Below are positions 18,547-29,402 of a stretch of DNA of 64,000 nucleotides, piece by piece (position 1 is the stretch's first letter; each line of letters begins with the position of its first letter). Position numbers and translations under genes: made by a program. Source of the DNA: Oligoflexia bacterium (GTDB lineage Bacteria > Bdellovibrionota > UBA1018); assembly GCA_963758495.1 (NCBI GenBank), contig CAVWVI010000003.1:864001-928000 (forward strand), read 5' to 3'. Under the pieces are notes generated by a model. That model was given only the letters and a program-made list of their open reading frames with translations. It did not search any database and was not told the origin of the DNA.

Positions 18547-18680
18547 TATGCGATCGCATAGAATATTAGATCACTATCCATTCTCTAGAGTCTATCGAAA
18601 TAAATATATGCGATTGCATAGATTTTATTGATTTTAATCCAGTTTTACTTGTAAACTAGCAATATCTATTCGATCGAATA
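18547..18680 (+). promoter_or_regulatory. Three 14-bp palindromic operators at 60-bp spacing upstream of hipB (module 2)
   Basis: TATGCGATCGCATA 18547, TATGCGATTGCATA 18607, TATTCGATCGAATA 18667. Confidence 0.75.
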
Positions 18681-18695
18681 GAAAATAGGAGAGTT

Positions 18696-18917
18696 ATGAC
18701 TGAGCTAGGGGCTGCTGTACGAAAACAAAGAAAATCATTGGATTTAACTCAAGAGCAGCTTGGACAGTTTGCTGGGTGCGGAGCACTCTTTATACACGAT
18801 TTAGAGAAGGGCAAAGCAACGATACGATTGAATAAGTTGATTGATGTACTGAAGGTTTTAGGTCTGCAAATGACGCTTGAGCCTGGTAAGGCCGGCTTTA
18901 AAGTCAAGGGCATATAA
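18696..18917 (+). CDS. hipB: HipB-like HTH antitoxin (module 2)
   Basis: LGAAVRKQRKSLDLTQEQL..LEKGKATIRLNKL; AGGAG RBS. Confidence 0.9.
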   Translation: MTELGAAVRKQRKSLDLTQEQLGQFAGCGALFIHDLEKGKATIRLNKLIDVLKVLGLQMTLEPGKAGFKVKGI

Positions 18918-18920
18918 AGT

Positions 18921-20165
18921 ATGGCTTTTATCGACCAAGCTAAAGCGAACTCCGCCCATGTCTATCGAAGAAATACTCTGATCGGAACGATTACTCGTAC
19001 TAAAACAGGATCCGTATTTGAATATAATTCATCTTTTCTGGAAAGCTTAAGTTCAGAGCAAAAAGAAAGTGAAATGGGAACAGCATTTCATCTTCCTTAT
19101 TCTCGCCCAAAAACTGAAACAGTTGGGGTGAATTTACATCCTTATTTTGCAGGATTATTACCAGAGGGCCTACGATTAAAATCCTTAATACAAAAAGTAA
19201 AAACTTCAGAGGATGATTTGCTAAGTTTGCTCGTAGCGGCGGGCTCAGACTGCATCGGTGATATTTTTGTGCTTCCAAAAGGGATTTTACCTGAAGCCCA
19301 TTCAACAGTGGCTGACCTAGGAAAACTAAACGAAATCGTTTTTTCAGAATTATTCGCAAAAGTGATTTCTTTTGGTACCGAAATAGATGAGGTTAGCATT
19401 CCAGGAGTCCAAAATAAGATTTCTGCTTCAATGATTTCTTTTCCAGTTCGAGGAGCAAAAGATCCTTATTCTTATATTTTAAAACTCACTCCTCCAGATA
19501 AGCCTCGGATCATTCAAAATGAACACTTTTTTCTACGCATGGCAAAAGCATGTGGTCTAAAAGTGAACGAAACAACGATTGTAAAAGATCAAGTAAATGC
19601 AGACGGATTACTGATCAAACGCTTTGATCGAGCTCCTACAAAAGGTTCCCATGATAGGCTGGCACTTCATCAAGAAGATGCTTGTCAGTTCTTGAATCGA
19701 TATCCCGCTGACAAATATTTAATACCCATGTCCGAAATTGCTGAGGGGATTCAGCTCTGCTCAGTACCCATTATAGAAATGGGAAAACTCATTCGTCTCT
19801 ATGCATTTTCTTATTTAATTGCCAATGGGGATCTGCACGCAAAGAATATAAGCATTTACAATTCTCCTCACACCGGAAGAATAGAACTCACTCCAGCCTA
19901 TGATATACTCAGCACACTTCCTTATGGTGACCAGAAAATGGCCTTAAAGCTTGACGGCAAAGACGACAATCTAAAACGAAAGGATTTTATTACTTTTGGA
20001 AAACGCTACGGCGTTGCAGAACGTGCAACTGAAGCTATTCTAAATAAAATTATTATTGCATCTGAACAATGGATAAATCGCTTAGAAGAGATTGGATTAG
20101 ACGAAAAAAAGACATCTCAGTTACGACGAGTCATAAAAAAACGCACCCAAGACTTAAGCAAATAA
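18921..20165 (+). CDS. hipA: HipA-family kinase toxin with N-terminal couple domain (module 2)
   Basis: YFAGLLPEG, DCIG, SIPGVQNK, ILK, NEHF, KRFDR, NGDLHAKN, LTPAYD. Confidence 0.93.
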   Translation: MAFIDQAKANSAHVYRRNTLIGTITRTKTGSVFEYNSSFLESLSSEQKESEMGTAFHLPYSRPKTETVGVNLHPYFAGLLPEGLRLKSLIQKVKTSEDDLLSLLVAAGSDCIGDIFVLPKGILPEAHSTVADLGKLNEIVFSELFAKVISFGTEIDEVSIPGVQNKISASMISFPVRGAKDPYSYILKLTPPDKPRIIQNEHFFLRMAKACGLKVNETTIVKDQVNADGLLIKRFDRAPTKGSHDRLALHQEDACQFLNRYPADKYLIPMSEIAEGIQLCSVPIIEMGKLIRLYAFSYLIANGDLHAKNISIYNSPHTGRIELTPAYDILSTLPYGDQKMALKLDGKDDNLKRKDFITFGKRYGVAERATEAILNKIIIASEQWINRLEEIGLDEKKTSQLRRVIKKRTQDLSK

Positions 20166-20185
20166 ATCTCCCGTGCCCACAAACT

Positions 20186-20227
20186 AAAAAAAGCCACAAA
20201 CGGCTTAAGAGCTGTCTGTGGCTTTTT
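20186..20227. terminator. Bidirectional intrinsic terminator between hipA and rplQ
   Basis: AAAAAAAGCCACAAACGGC..GCTGTCTGTGGCTTTTT stem with A and T tails. Confidence 0.8.
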
Positions 20228-20273
20228 ATTAATTTGATTCAAGTCTAAAAAGTTTAATTAAAAACTTTTAAAA

Positions 20274-20864
20274 TCAGCTACTGCTACCGGACTTGCTGCT
20301 TCCACCGCCTGCAGCAGGAGTTTTACGACCAGCACCACCCTTAGTGTGAGCTGCCATAGAACCGTGTCCTCCGCCTTTAACTTTAGACTTTGATTTGAAC
20401 ATTTTACGAAAACGTCCAAATGGGTCATTGGCTTTAGCATCGTCCTTATTTTCAGCTTTTTTCTCTTCAGAAGCAGCCTTTGGCTTTTTCTTACGATCCA
20501 GCTCAGGATGATCTACTAACTCAAGAACTGCCATTTCGGCAGCATCGCCCCAACGACGATCAGCTACTTTAAGCACCCGAGTATAACCGCCTGCTCTTGT
20601 CTTATAACGCTCAGCTAAGGTTGTAAAAAGTTTAGACACTACAACATTGCTACGAGTACGATCGAAAGCCAATCGACGAGAAGCAGGTCTACCACTTTTT
20701 CCTAAGGTAATGAGACGATCCACAACGCGGCGAACTTCTTTAGCCTTTTGAACGGTCGTTACAATTTGTTCCATCTCAATCACAGAATTTGCCATATTGC
20801 GAAACATCGCAACTCGATGAGAAGTATTACGACCAAATTTTCGGCCGTCCACATTGTGTTTCAT
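20274..20864 (-). CDS. rplQ: 50S ribosomal protein L17 with long C-terminal extension
   Basis: MKHNVDGRKFGRNTSHR, TTVQKAKE, RAGGYTR. Confidence 0.97.
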   Translation of the reverse strand: MKHNVDGRKFGRNTSHRVAMFRNMANSVIEMEQIVTTVQKAKEVRRVVDRLITLGKSGRPASRRLAFDRTRSNVVVSKLFTTLAERYKTRAGGYTRVLKVADRRWGDAAEMAVLELVDHPELDRKKKPKAASEEKKAENKDDAKANDPFGRFRKMFKSKSKVKGGGHGSMAAHTKGGAGRKTPAAGGGSSKSGSSS

Positions 20865-20954
20865 AAGAAAACTCCTAAATTTAACTCACTCACATTAACT
20901 CATTAGAATTTAACCTGCTTGACTCGCATGTTAAATTTTATCTAAAAAATTAAT

Positions 20955-22040
20955 TTAATCCTCAACATCATCACTTACTTCGTCGAACTCTTCAGCCTTC
21001 TTGCGATCATTCATGATGCGACTTTCATCGACATCAGAATCAGCTGGTTTCGGCGGTTGAGATGGGGGAACAAAGCCATCTAGCTTCATTCCCAAACTCA
21101 AGCCCATTTCACCTAAAATATCTTTGATTTCATTCAATGACTTTCTTCCAAAATTCTTTGTCTTTAACATTTCGGATTCAGTCTTCTGAACAAGCTCATA
21201 AATGTACTTAATGTTCGCATTCTGCAGACAGTTTGCAGAGCGAACTGAAAGCTCCAATTCCTCTACCGAACGATAGAGATTTGGATTGAATTGAGAACTA
21301 CCTTCTTCTTTAGCCTGAGCAATCGGCTCTGGCTCTTCCTCGAAGTTCAAGAAGACTGACAATTGATCTTTAAGAATTTTTGAGCCTAAAGATACTGCAT
21401 CTTCTGGCTCTACAGAACCATCAGTCCAGACTTCTAGAGTCAGCTTATCAAAGTCAGTTCTCTGACCTACACGGCTTTGTGTAACAGTATAATTCACTCG
21501 TCGTATTGGAGAAAAAAAGCTATCAACCGGAATCCAGCCTAATGGCAGATCTTCAGATTTATTAGCTTCAGCTGCACGATATCCACGACCCCGTGCAACT
21601 TGAATTTCAGCACGCAACTTACCACCTTTTCCGATGGTAGCAATGATTTGATCAGGATTGAGAACTTGAACTTGCTCTGACACAATAATATCAGAAGCTT
21701 TGACTTCACAAGGTCCATCTTTATCAATTGCAACTGTTGCTTGCTCAGCATGATGAAGTCTAAAACGAACTTCTTTCAAATTTAAAATAACTTCCGCTAC
21801 ATCTTCCTTTACATCAGGTACTGATGTGAATTCATGGACCACGCCATCAATTTTCACTGCAGTAATAGCTGCGCCTTGAAGAGATGAAAGCAGCACACGT
21901 CTCAGAGAGTTTCCTAAAGTTAAACCAAAACCTCGTTCGAGAGGCTTTGCAATAAATTTACCGTAAGATGTACTTAAGGACTCTTTATCTACGTCTAATG
22001 CCTTAGGTTTAATTAAATCACGCCAATTTTTTTCCAACAT
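20955..22040 (-). CDS. rpoA: RNA polymerase alpha subunit
   Basis: [40 protein letters not shown]. Confidence 0.98.
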   Translation of the reverse strand: MLEKNWRDLIKPKALDVDKESLSTSYGKFIAKPLERGFGLTLGNSLRRVLLSSLQGAAITAVKIDGVVHEFTSVPDVKEDVAEVILNLKEVRFRLHHAEQATVAIDKDGPCEVKASDIIVSEQVQVLNPDQIIATIGKGGKLRAEIQVARGRGYRAAEANKSEDLPLGWIPVDSFFSPIRRVNYTVTQSRVGQRTDFDKLTLEVWTDGSVEPEDAVSLGSKILKDQLSVFLNFEEEPEPIAQAKEEGSSQFNPNLYRSVEELELSVRSANCLQNANIKYIYELVQKTESEMLKTKNFGRKSLNEIKDILGEMGLSLGMKLDGFVPPSQPPKPADSDVDESRIMNDRKKAEEFDEVSDDVED

Positions 22041-22108
22041 CGTTCATTCTCCTGTCATCCCCTCGCTATTCACCTTGTGAATTAGCCATGCGGGGAGTAT
22101 CCAAGGTT

Positions 22109-22736
22109 TTACTTCGAATAAAGCTCTACTACCAAACGTTCTTGCATAGGAGCAGTTACATCATCACGTGCTGGCAAGATCTCGAACACGAGCTTTCATT
22201 GCTGTCGCATCCAATTCCAACCATTGAGGAATTTCACGTCTTTTAACCGCTTCAAGAGCACCGCCGATACGAGCAACACTCTTGCTCTTTTCAGCCACTT
22301 CAAGTGAATCACCCTTGTCTACTAAATAGGAAGGAATATTCACTTTGATACCATTGACCTTGAAATGGCCATGTCTTACCAAGTGTCTCGCTTCAGTACG
22401 AGAATTAGCAAAACCAGAACGATAAGCCACATTATCTAACCGTCTTTCCAACATGGAAAGTAAATTAGAGCCAGTCACACCCTTCATTCGTTCTGCTTTT
22501 TCGAACAGACTACGGAACTGAGCTTCTAGTAGCCCATAAATTCTTTTAATTTTCTGCTTCTCACGAAGCTGCAAGCCATACTCAGAAAACTTAATTCGAC
22601 CTTGGCCATGCTGCCCAGGAGGATATCCACGTCGCTCAAATGCACACTTATCTGAGTAACAACGATCTCCCTTAAGAAAAAGTTTTTGATTTTCACGACG
22701 ACAAAGTCGACAAACTGAACCAATACAACGAGCCAT
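22109..22736 (-). CDS. rpsD: 30S ribosomal protein S4 (apparent +1 frameshift near 22175)
   Basis: CRLCRRE, PPGQHG, LERRLDN; conserved end [13 protein letters not shown] lies in a shifted frame. Confidence 0.95.
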
Positions 22737-22739
22737 AAA

Positions 22740-23207
22740 TTAGACCCTCCTCCTCTTCGGTGGACGGCAACCGTTATGAGGAATCGGTGTCACATCCTCA
22801 ATAAAATTCACTCGTAATCCAGCTGATGCTAACGCACGCAATGCTGATTCTCTGCCAGCACCTGGACCACTCACAAAAACCTGAACATTCCGCATCCCGT
22901 TTTCTACGGCCTTTCTTGCAGCATCTTCAGCAGCGACCTGTGCCGCAAAAGGCGTGTTCTTTCTAGAACCACGAAACCCCTTGCCACCCGCGCTAGACCA
23001 ACAAATCGCGTTGCCCATACTATCAGTAATGGTAACAATTGTATTGTTAAATGATGAAAGAATATAAACATTTCCTGATGAAACGTTCTTTTTGCCTTTT
23101 TTAATACGCTTCACGGTAGGCTCTGCACCAGCCACTGTTGTAGCTGCTACGGATTCTTTCTTAGATTCTACTTTAGAAACTTCTGTTTTTTGCTCAGACA
23201 TAATCAC
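22740..23207 (-). CDS. rpsK: 30S ribosomal protein S11 with N-terminal extension
   Basis: [35 protein letters not shown]. Confidence 0.97.
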   Translation of the reverse strand: MIMSEQKTEVSKVESKKESVAATTVAGAEPTVKRIKKGKKNVSSGNVYILSSFNNTIVTITDSMGNAICWSSAGGKGFRGSRKNTPFAAQVAAEDAARKAVENGMRNVQVFVSGPGAGRESALRALASAGLRVNFIEDVTPIPHNGCRPPKRRRV

Positions 23208-23211
23208 CTAC

Positions 23212-23595
23212 TTACTTCATTGCCTTAACGGACTTCTTGCCTGCAATTGCTACAGCAGGTCCCTTACGTGTCCGGGCATTCGAATGAGTTCGTTGTCCTC
23301 TCACTGGGAGACCCTTGCGATGACGAACTCCTCTATAGCAACCAAGATCGACCAATCGCTTGATATTAAGATTCACTTCACGTCTTAAATCACCTTCCAC
23401 GCGTAGCGTACGATCGATAATTTCACGAATCTTTGCGACTTCAGCTTCAGTCAAAATATCCGATTTCTTGCCAAACTCAATCTCTGCCTCAGATAGAACC
23501 TTCCTAGCCATCGGACGGCCAATCCCATAGATATAAGTCAGTGCCACTTCCATCCGCTTATTGCGTGGGAGATCGACTCCCGCGATACGAGCCAC
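23212..23595 (-). CDS. rpsM: 30S ribosomal protein S13
   Basis: [25 protein letters not shown]. Confidence 0.98.
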   Translation of the reverse strand: MARIAGVDLPRNKRMEVALTYIYGIGRPMARKVLSEAEIEFGKKSDILTEAEVAKIREIIDRTLRVEGDLRREVNLNIKRLVDLGCYRGVRHRKGLPVRGQRTHSNARTRKGPAVAIAGKKSVKAMK

Positions 23596-23630
23596 GTGCT
23601 ACCTTCCTTTCAACTTCCAATCGTTAAAAC

Positions 23631-23744
23631 TCAACCCTGCCGCTGCTTATGACGAGGATTTTCACAAATCACTCGAACAACACCTTTACGGCGGACTACT
23701 TTACATTTGTCACAAATCTTCTTAACCGATGCACGAACCTTCAT
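23631..23744 (-). CDS. rpmJ: 50S ribosomal protein L36
   Basis: Hand translation [37 protein letters not shown]. Confidence 0.97.
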   Translation of the reverse strand: MKVRASVKKICDKCKVVRRKGVVRVICENPRHKQRQG

Positions 23745-23767
23745 AAAAATCTCCATCGACCCTACAA

Positions 23768-24517
23768 TTAGATTAATGTTAAAATTTCCGGACCATTCGA
23801 CGTAATGGCCACCGTATGCTCAAAATGAGCAGACAGCGAATGGTCAGCTGTAACCGCAGTCCAACCATCCTTCAGAACTTTTACTTCATGACTGCCAGCA
23901 TTAATCATGGGTTCAATAGCTAACACCATTCCCACTTTAAGCAAGAGTCCCTTACCTTTTGGGCCATAATTGGGAACCTGCGGCTCTTCGTGAAGTGCTC
24001 TACCTATTCCATGTCCAACGAATTCCCTTACCACGCCATAACCAAACTCTTCAACATAATTCTGAATGGCATGACCAATATCGAAAATTCGGTTACCTTC
24101 TCGGCACTCCTGGATACCCCTATTCAAACTTTCACGGGTGACATCAATCAACTGTTGGGCTTCTCGGGAAATAACCCCTACTGCCACTGTTCGAGCTGAA
24201 TCGCCATACCACCCGTCATGTATGACCCCAAAATCTAAACCAACAATATCACCCTTCTTTAAAACTCGCTTGGGTGAAGGAATTCCATGAACCACCTCTT
24301 CATTTACAGAGATGCATACCGTACCAGGAAAACCATGATATCCTTTAAAAGCAGGTACTACCTTCAAATCTCGACAACGAGACTCTGCAAAAAGGTCTAA
24401 TTCAGCAGTTGTCATACCAGGCTGAACCATTTTTGCCATTTCATCTAAGATCAGACCTACAATAGCCCCTGCCTTGCGCATCTGACTCAGTTCTCGTTCT
24501 GTCTTTAGGGAAATCAT
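23768..24517 (-). CDS. map: Methionine aminopeptidase type I
   Basis: [36 protein letters not shown]. Confidence 0.97.
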   Translation of the reverse strand: MISLKTERELSQMRKAGAIVGLILDEMAKMVQPGMTTAELDLFAESRCRDLKVVPAFKGYHGFPGTVCISVNEEVVHGIPSPKRVLKKGDIVGLDFGVIHDGWYGDSARTVAVGVISREAQQLIDVTRESLNRGIQECREGNRIFDIGHAIQNYVEEFGYGVVREFVGHGIGRALHEEPQVPNYGPKGKGLLLKVGMVLAIEPMINAGSHEVKVLKDGWTAVTADHSLSAHFEHTVAITSNGPEILTLI

Positions 24518-24534
24518 AACTTTTACTTCTTTCC

Positions 24535-25176
24535 CTATCTCAAAGCTTGAGCAAGTGCTTGTGCAACATCAGGTGCTGATCGTCTAGCATCCAAACGTTG
24601 TAATTTGTTTTGATTCTTATAAAACCCAACCAAAGGCTCTGTTTGATGATGATAGACTGCCAATCGCTTTTTAATCACTTCTGGCTGGTCGTCATCTCTT
24701 TGTACCAATGGGTTGGCACAATGATCACAAATGCCTATGTTTTTAGGGGGTGCATTTTCAATATGGTACATTGCACCACACTTCACGCAGGTCCGCCGGC
24801 CAGATAATCGTTTTACCAAATCTTCATCGGGCATTTCAAAAAGAACTGCCCGATCCACAGATCGGCCTTGATTTAATAACATATTATCTAATGCGTCTGC
24901 CTGAGAAATATTACGCGGAAAGCCATCTAAGACAAATCCGTCTTTACAATCTGAAGCATTGCTACGCTCTTCAATTAAACCAATGACAACCGAATCAGGA
25001 ACAAGAGATCCCTGATTCATAAAAGTTTTTGCCTCAACACCCAATTTAGATCCATTGCTTATAGCAGTACGAAGCATATCCCCTGTCGATAATTGGGGCC
25101 ATTTTCGATCTACAATTAAGCGCTTTGCTTGAGTACCTTTTCCAGACCCGGGAGGGCCAAGTAACACAACTATCAT
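24535..25176 (-). CDS. adk: Adenylate kinase
   Basis: GPPGSGKGTQA, STGDMLR, LDGFPR, Zn-lid cysteines, QRDDD. Confidence 0.97.
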   Translation of the reverse strand: MIVVLLGPPGSGKGTQAKRLIVDRKWPQLSTGDMLRTAISNGSKLGVEAKTFMNQGSLVPDSVVIGLIEERSNASDCKDGFVLDGFPRNISQADALDNMLLNQGRSVDRAVLFEMPDEDLVKRLSGRRTCVKCGAMYHIENAPPKNIGICDHCANPLVQRDDDQPEVIKKRLAVYHHQTEPLVGFYKNQNKLQRLDARRSAPDVAQALAQALR

Positions 25177-26477
25177 GTATAAGCCGCGCGCCCTTTCATC
25201 CGAGTATGTTTCATAAATCCTTCATAATTGCGGGTCAATAAAAAGGTTTCAATCTGAGCTACAGTATCTAGAGCTACGCCCACTAAAATGAGAACGCTTG
25301 TTCCACCAAAGTAGAATGGCACCTTCATTGTTTGCGTAAAAAAGGTTGGAAGCACACAGATTGCTGAAATATAAACTGCACCACCTAATGTGATTCGTGA
25401 AAGCACGTAATCAATATAGTTAGCAGTAGGAAGACCTGGACGAATTCCCGGAATAAATCCACCGTATTTTTTAAGATTATCTGCAACATCTTCCGTCTTG
25501 AACGTAACTGCAGTATAAAAATAACAGAAAAATACAATGAGCCCTACGAATAGAATATTATAAAGTAAATTCCCTGGCTGAAGCATGGATGTAAATCTCT
25601 GTACCTTTTCTGAAGGAAAAAAGGTTGCTACAGTAGCTGGGAACATAATCAATGATGACGCAAAGATCGGCGGAATCACACCAGAAGTATTGACTTTGAG
25701 TGGTAAATTACTGTTCTGCCCACCATACACCTTACGTCCCACAATCCTCTTTGCATATTGAATCGGGATACGTCGAGCTCCGCGTTCGACAAAGATGATA
25801 CAGAAAAATGTGCCTACAATCACTGCCAAGACTAAGAATATCTTGAAAAGACTGAGCTCTCCTGATCGATATAAACTCAGAGTGCTGCCAATTCCTTGTG
25901 GAATTCGTGCTGCAATCCCTGCATAGATCAATAAAGAAATCCCATTACCAATGCCGCGCTCGGACATCTGTTCCCCAACCCACATGAGGAACACCGTTCC
26001 TGCGGTCAAAGTACAAGTTGTCAAAAGCCGGAACGCTAACCCTGTATGTAATACGACAGTAGGATTATTGTAATGTTCCAAACCTGTCGCAATACCGTAA
26101 CCTTGAATCAAGCACAATAGTACGGTGCCATAGCGAGTATATTGGGTAATTTTCTTACGTCCTTGATCTCCTTCTTTTTGTAGATCATGCAAGTACGGCC
26201 AAATGACTGTCAATAATTGGAAAATAATAGAGCTACTAATATAGGGCATTACGCCTAATGCGAAAATGCTAAATCGCTCTAAAGCGCCACCGCTAAAAAG
26301 ATTAAACCAACCAAAAATAGTTCCCTTCATATTAGCAAATACATGCTGAAGGGCGGCACTATCTACACCAGGAGTTGGAATGTGTACGCCGATGCGGTAA
26401 ACGGCGAGCATAATCAAGGTGAAAATAATTCGCTTACGCAATTCGGGAATCTTTACAAGTCCATCAGCTCCTGACAT
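25173..26477 (-). CDS. secY: Preprotein translocase SecY
   Basis: SIFALGVMPYI, GIGNGISL, GVIPPIFA, IPGIRPG, GGTSVLI. Confidence 0.98.
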   Translation of the reverse strand: MSGADGLVKIPELRKRIIFTLIMLAVYRIGVHIPTPGVDSAALQHVFANMKGTIFGWFNLFSGGALERFSIFALGVMPYISSSIIFQLLTVIWPYLHDLQKEGDQGRKKITQYTRYGTVLLCLIQGYGIATGLEHYNNPTVVLHTGLAFRLLTTCTLTAGTVFLMWVGEQMSERGIGNGISLLIYAGIAARIPQGIGSTLSLYRSGELSLFKIFLVLAVIVGTFFCIIFVERGARRIPIQYAKRIVGRKVYGGQNSNLPLKVNTSGVIPPIFASSLIMFPATVATFFPSEKVQRFTSMLQPGNLLYNILFVGLIVFFCYFYTAVTFKTEDVADNLKKYGGFIPGIRPGLPTANYIDYVLSRITLGGAVYISAICVLPTFFTQTMKVPFYFGGTSVLILVGVALDTVAQIETFLLTRNYEGFMKHTRMKGRAAYT

Positions 26478-26514
26478 TTGTACCCTCTATCGATGTTGTG
26501 TCATTGCAAACCAA

Positions 26515-27030
26515 CTATTTAGAAGAAGACGACTGCAGAGACGCTTTTACTTTTCTTTTTGCTTTACCAGGAATTGAAACCATTTCTACTGTACCACCTG
26601 CTTTGGTGATCTTTTCCTGGGCAGCTGGACTCACTTTATGCGCTTTTACATTAAAAGTCTTCGTTAATTCTCCTGTACCCAGGATAGTTAAACGATCGTA
26701 TCGACCTTTAATTTGATTGCTCTCTACTAAAGTCTCCAACGAAATATCCTTAAACTGGGTAGAATCTAATCGCTCTAAATCAGCAATATTAAGAATCGCA
26801 ATGGTACGGCGACCTGGGTTATGAAAACCTCGCTTAGGCACGCGTCGGTATAAAGGCATTTGACCGCCCTCAAAACCAGGACGAACACTGCCGCCTGAGC
26901 GAGCAAGCTGCCCTTTATCCCCTTTACCCGCAGTTTGCCCATGGCCCGATCCTGCGCCTCTTCCCAAACGCTTCTTCTTATGAGTCGCTCCAATTTGAGC
27001 TTTAATCGTATTCAGTCTTAACATAATCAC
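26515..27030 (-). CDS. rplO: 50S ribosomal protein L15
   Basis: GRGAGSGHGQTAGKG, GFEGGQMPL. Confidence 0.97.
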   Translation of the reverse strand: MIMLRLNTIKAQIGATHKKKRLGRGAGSGHGQTAGKGDKGQLARSGGSVRPGFEGGQMPLYRRVPKRGFHNPGRRTIAILNIADLERLDSTQFKDISLETLVESNQIKGRYDRLTILGTGELTKTFNVKAHKVSPAAQEKITKAGGTVEMVSIPGKAKRKVKASLQSSSSK

Positions 27031-27080
27031 TCTCTACTTCCCATACTGGCGAACTTTCGCAGACCGCCAGAGCATAATAA

Positions 27081-27278
27081 CTAGCGGGTCTCTGATACCA
27101 CTTCTACCAAATGAAGAACCTTTTTAATCATTCCTCTCACAGACGGAGTATTTTCTAAGGTTCGTACCTGTTCCCTGTTTTTTAGCCCTAAACCGTTAAC
27201 TGTTGCCCGCTGCTTAGGGGGACACGCAATTGTACCCTTTTTCAGACGGATCGTAATTGTTTTCTTAGTGGCTGCCAT
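27081..27278 (-). CDS. rpmD: 50S ribosomal protein L30
   Basis: [20 protein letters not shown]; position in spc operon. Confidence 0.93.
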   Translation of the reverse strand: MAATKKTITIRLKKGTIACPPKQRATVNGLGLKNREQVRTLENTPSVRGMIKKVLHLVEVVSETR

Positions 27279-27300
27279 TTTGTCACTCCTTCATACTCAC

Positions 27301-27813
27301 TTAGAGGATTTCCCCGATAGTTTTGCCGCGAGCTTTCGCAATATCAGAGAAATTACGGAGACACCTCAGCCCCTCAAGTGTAGCTCGAACTACATTATGA
27401 GGATTATCTCTACGAATTGATTTCGTTAGAATATTTTGAATACCAGCAACCTCGAGAATAGCACGAACCGATGAACTTGCAATAATTCCAGTACCTTCTG
27501 GTGCTGGCTTCATCAGAACCTGACTGGCTCCAAAGTAGCCCATCACTTCGTGAGGAATGGTATTGCCATCAAGAGGGATTCTCATCAAGTTCTTCTTTGC
27601 TTGTTTCCCGGCCTTTTTAATAGCTTCAGGAACTTCGCCGGCCTTACCTAGACCTACACCCACCTGGCCCTTTTTATCCCCGACAACGACGATGGCTGCG
27701 AAGCTAAAACGTCGTCCGCCCTTCACAACCTTGGCGCAGCGATTTATATGAATTACCTTATCTTCAAACTCAGATTCTTCTTGCTGACGCCCTACTTGTT
27801 GACCGACTGCCAT
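27301..27813 (-). CDS. rpsE: 30S ribosomal protein S5
   Basis: [25 protein letters not shown]. Confidence 0.97.
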   Translation of the reverse strand: MAVGQQVGRQQEESEFEDKVIHINRCAKVVKGGRRFSFAAIVVVGDKKGQVGVGLGKAGEVPEAIKKAGKQAKKNLMRIPLDGNTIPHEVMGYFGASQVLMKPAPEGTGIIASSSVRAILEVAGIQNILTKSIRRDNPHNVVRATLEGLRCLRNFSDIAKARGKTIGEIL

Positions 27814-27841
27814 AATATCTCCTTGCTTCGCCGCCTAATAA

Positions 27842-28219
27842 CTAAAATTTTAAGCCACCTTCGCGAGCTGCATCTGCGAGGGCTTTCACACGACCATGGT
27901 ACAGGTAACCGCTACGATCAAAAACAACCGTAGAAATATTCTTTGCTAAAGCACGCTTAGCAACTAAATTTCCAAGAGTCTTTGCACCTTCAATTGTACC
28001 TGCAACTTTGTCCTTAAGACTTTCTTCGAGGCTTGATGCAGCCACCAAAGTATGACCTTTCACATCGTCCACAAGTTGAACATAAAAGTGTCTATTAGAT
28101 CGAAAAACCGCAAGCCTTGGCTTAGCAGTTGTACCTTCGACACGTGAACGAATTCGCTTTTTTCGCTTATATCGAACTACTTGTTTTGGACTCGTCACTC
28201 GACGTATTTTAGTAGCCAT
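27842..28219 (-). CDS. rplR: 50S ribosomal protein L18
   Basis: [33 protein letters not shown]. Confidence 0.97.
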   Translation of the reverse strand: MATKIRRVTSPKQVVRYKRKKRIRSRVEGTTAKPRLAVFRSNRHFYVQLVDDVKGHTLVAASSLEESLKDKVAGTIEGAKTLGNLVAKRALAKNISTVVFDRSGYLYHGRVKALADAAREGGLKF

Positions 28220-28234
28220 ACCTAAATTCCTCGC

Positions 28235-28780
28235 TTACTTCGCACCCGCAGCCTTACCCTGCTTGCGTATGATATGTTCATCCATGTACTTAATTCCTTT
28301 ACCTTGATACGGCTCAGGCTCCTTAAACGATCGGATTTTGGCGGCAACCATGCCAACCAACATCTTATCTGCGCCTGTTAATACAATATGTGTATTACCT
28401 TCTACTTTTGCCGTAATGCCCGCAGGAAGCTCAAAATCAACTGGATGGGAATATCCCAAAGTCATTGATAACGTTGAGCCCTTCATTGCTGCACGGTAAC
28501 CTACTCCTACAATATCAAGTTCTCTTGTAAAACCTGTATGGGTTCCATGAACCATATTGTGAACTAGCGTTCGGGTCAGACCATGAAGTGCAGAAGCATT
28601 ATTGACAACTGTTTCATCACAGCTAACAATAATGGATCCATTATCCACTTTCACATTCACTCCGTGCGGAACCTCATGGGATAATTTACCCTTAGGTCCT
28701 TCTACTTTGACATGACCGTTAGAAACAGCCACTTTCACACCCTGCAAAATCTTAATTGGGGTTTTCCCTACACGTGACAT
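28235..28780 (-). CDS. rplF: 50S ribosomal protein L6
   Basis: MSRVGK, GPKG, GVGYRA, PEPYQGKG. Confidence 0.97.
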   Translation of the reverse strand: MSRVGKTPIKILQGVKVAVSNGHVKVEGPKGKLSHEVPHGVNVKVDNGSIIVSCDETVVNNASALHGLTRTLVHNMVHGTHTGFTRELDIVGVGYRAAMKGSTLSMTLGYSHPVDFELPAGITAKVEGNTHIVLTGADKMLVGMVAAKIRSFKEPEPYQGKGIKYMDEHIIRKQGKAAGAK

Positions 28781-28783
28781 ATT

Positions 28784-29182
28784 TTACCATACCTCACAGA
28801 GAATCTCGCCACCTACTTTGTGGGTACGAGCTTTATGACCCGTTGTTACACCTTTTGAAGTGGAGACTATCGCAACTCCTGCACCGCCAAGTGGGCGAGG
28901 CATTTCTTCATATCCAGAATAACGACGAAGACCTGGCCGGCTTATTCTTCGAATTCCTTGAATGACGCTGTCACCATTTTCAGTATATTTTAAATATACC
29001 TTAATAACAGGACGCCCTTCCTCACGCATGAGGCGGAAATTCTTAATATAGCCTTCTTCTTTTAACACACGAACGACATTCGCTTTCAAGCGAGATGCAG
29101 GAAGTTCTAACTTCTCATGCTTCTCCTTAGTGGCATTTCGAATTCTCGTTAATAAATCTGCAATGGGATCAGTCATACTCAT
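28784..29182 (-). CDS. rpsH: 30S ribosomal protein S8
   Basis: MTDPIADLLTRIRN, SRPGLR, STSKG, GGEILC. Confidence 0.97.
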   Translation of the reverse strand: MSMTDPIADLLTRIRNATKEKHEKLELPASRLKANVVRVLKEEGYIKNFRLMREEGRPVIKVYLKYTENGDSVIQGIRRISRPGLRRYSGYEEMPRPLGGAGVAIVSTSKGVTTGHKARTHKVGGEILCEVW

Positions 29183-29203
29183 AATTTTGTATCCTCTCGC
29201 CGC

Positions 29204-29388
29204 TTACCAGCTTGATTTGGTCACGCCGGGAAGTTGACCCTTCAACGCCAATCCCCTAAAGCAAAGCGGCACATATTAAATTTTCTCATATATGCGCGTG
29301 GACGTCCGCATAGTGGACAACGATTCTTAGCACGAGTCTTAAACTTCGGCTTTTTTCCAATTTTTTCGAGTTTACACTTCTTAGACAA
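29204..29388 (-). CDS. rpsN: 30S ribosomal protein S14, zinc type (one base missing near 29268)
   Basis: Hand translation [20 protein letters not shown] / [15 protein letters not shown]; span is 185 nt. Confidence 0.92.
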
Positions 29389-29402
29389 GATCGATCTCCT
29401 TT

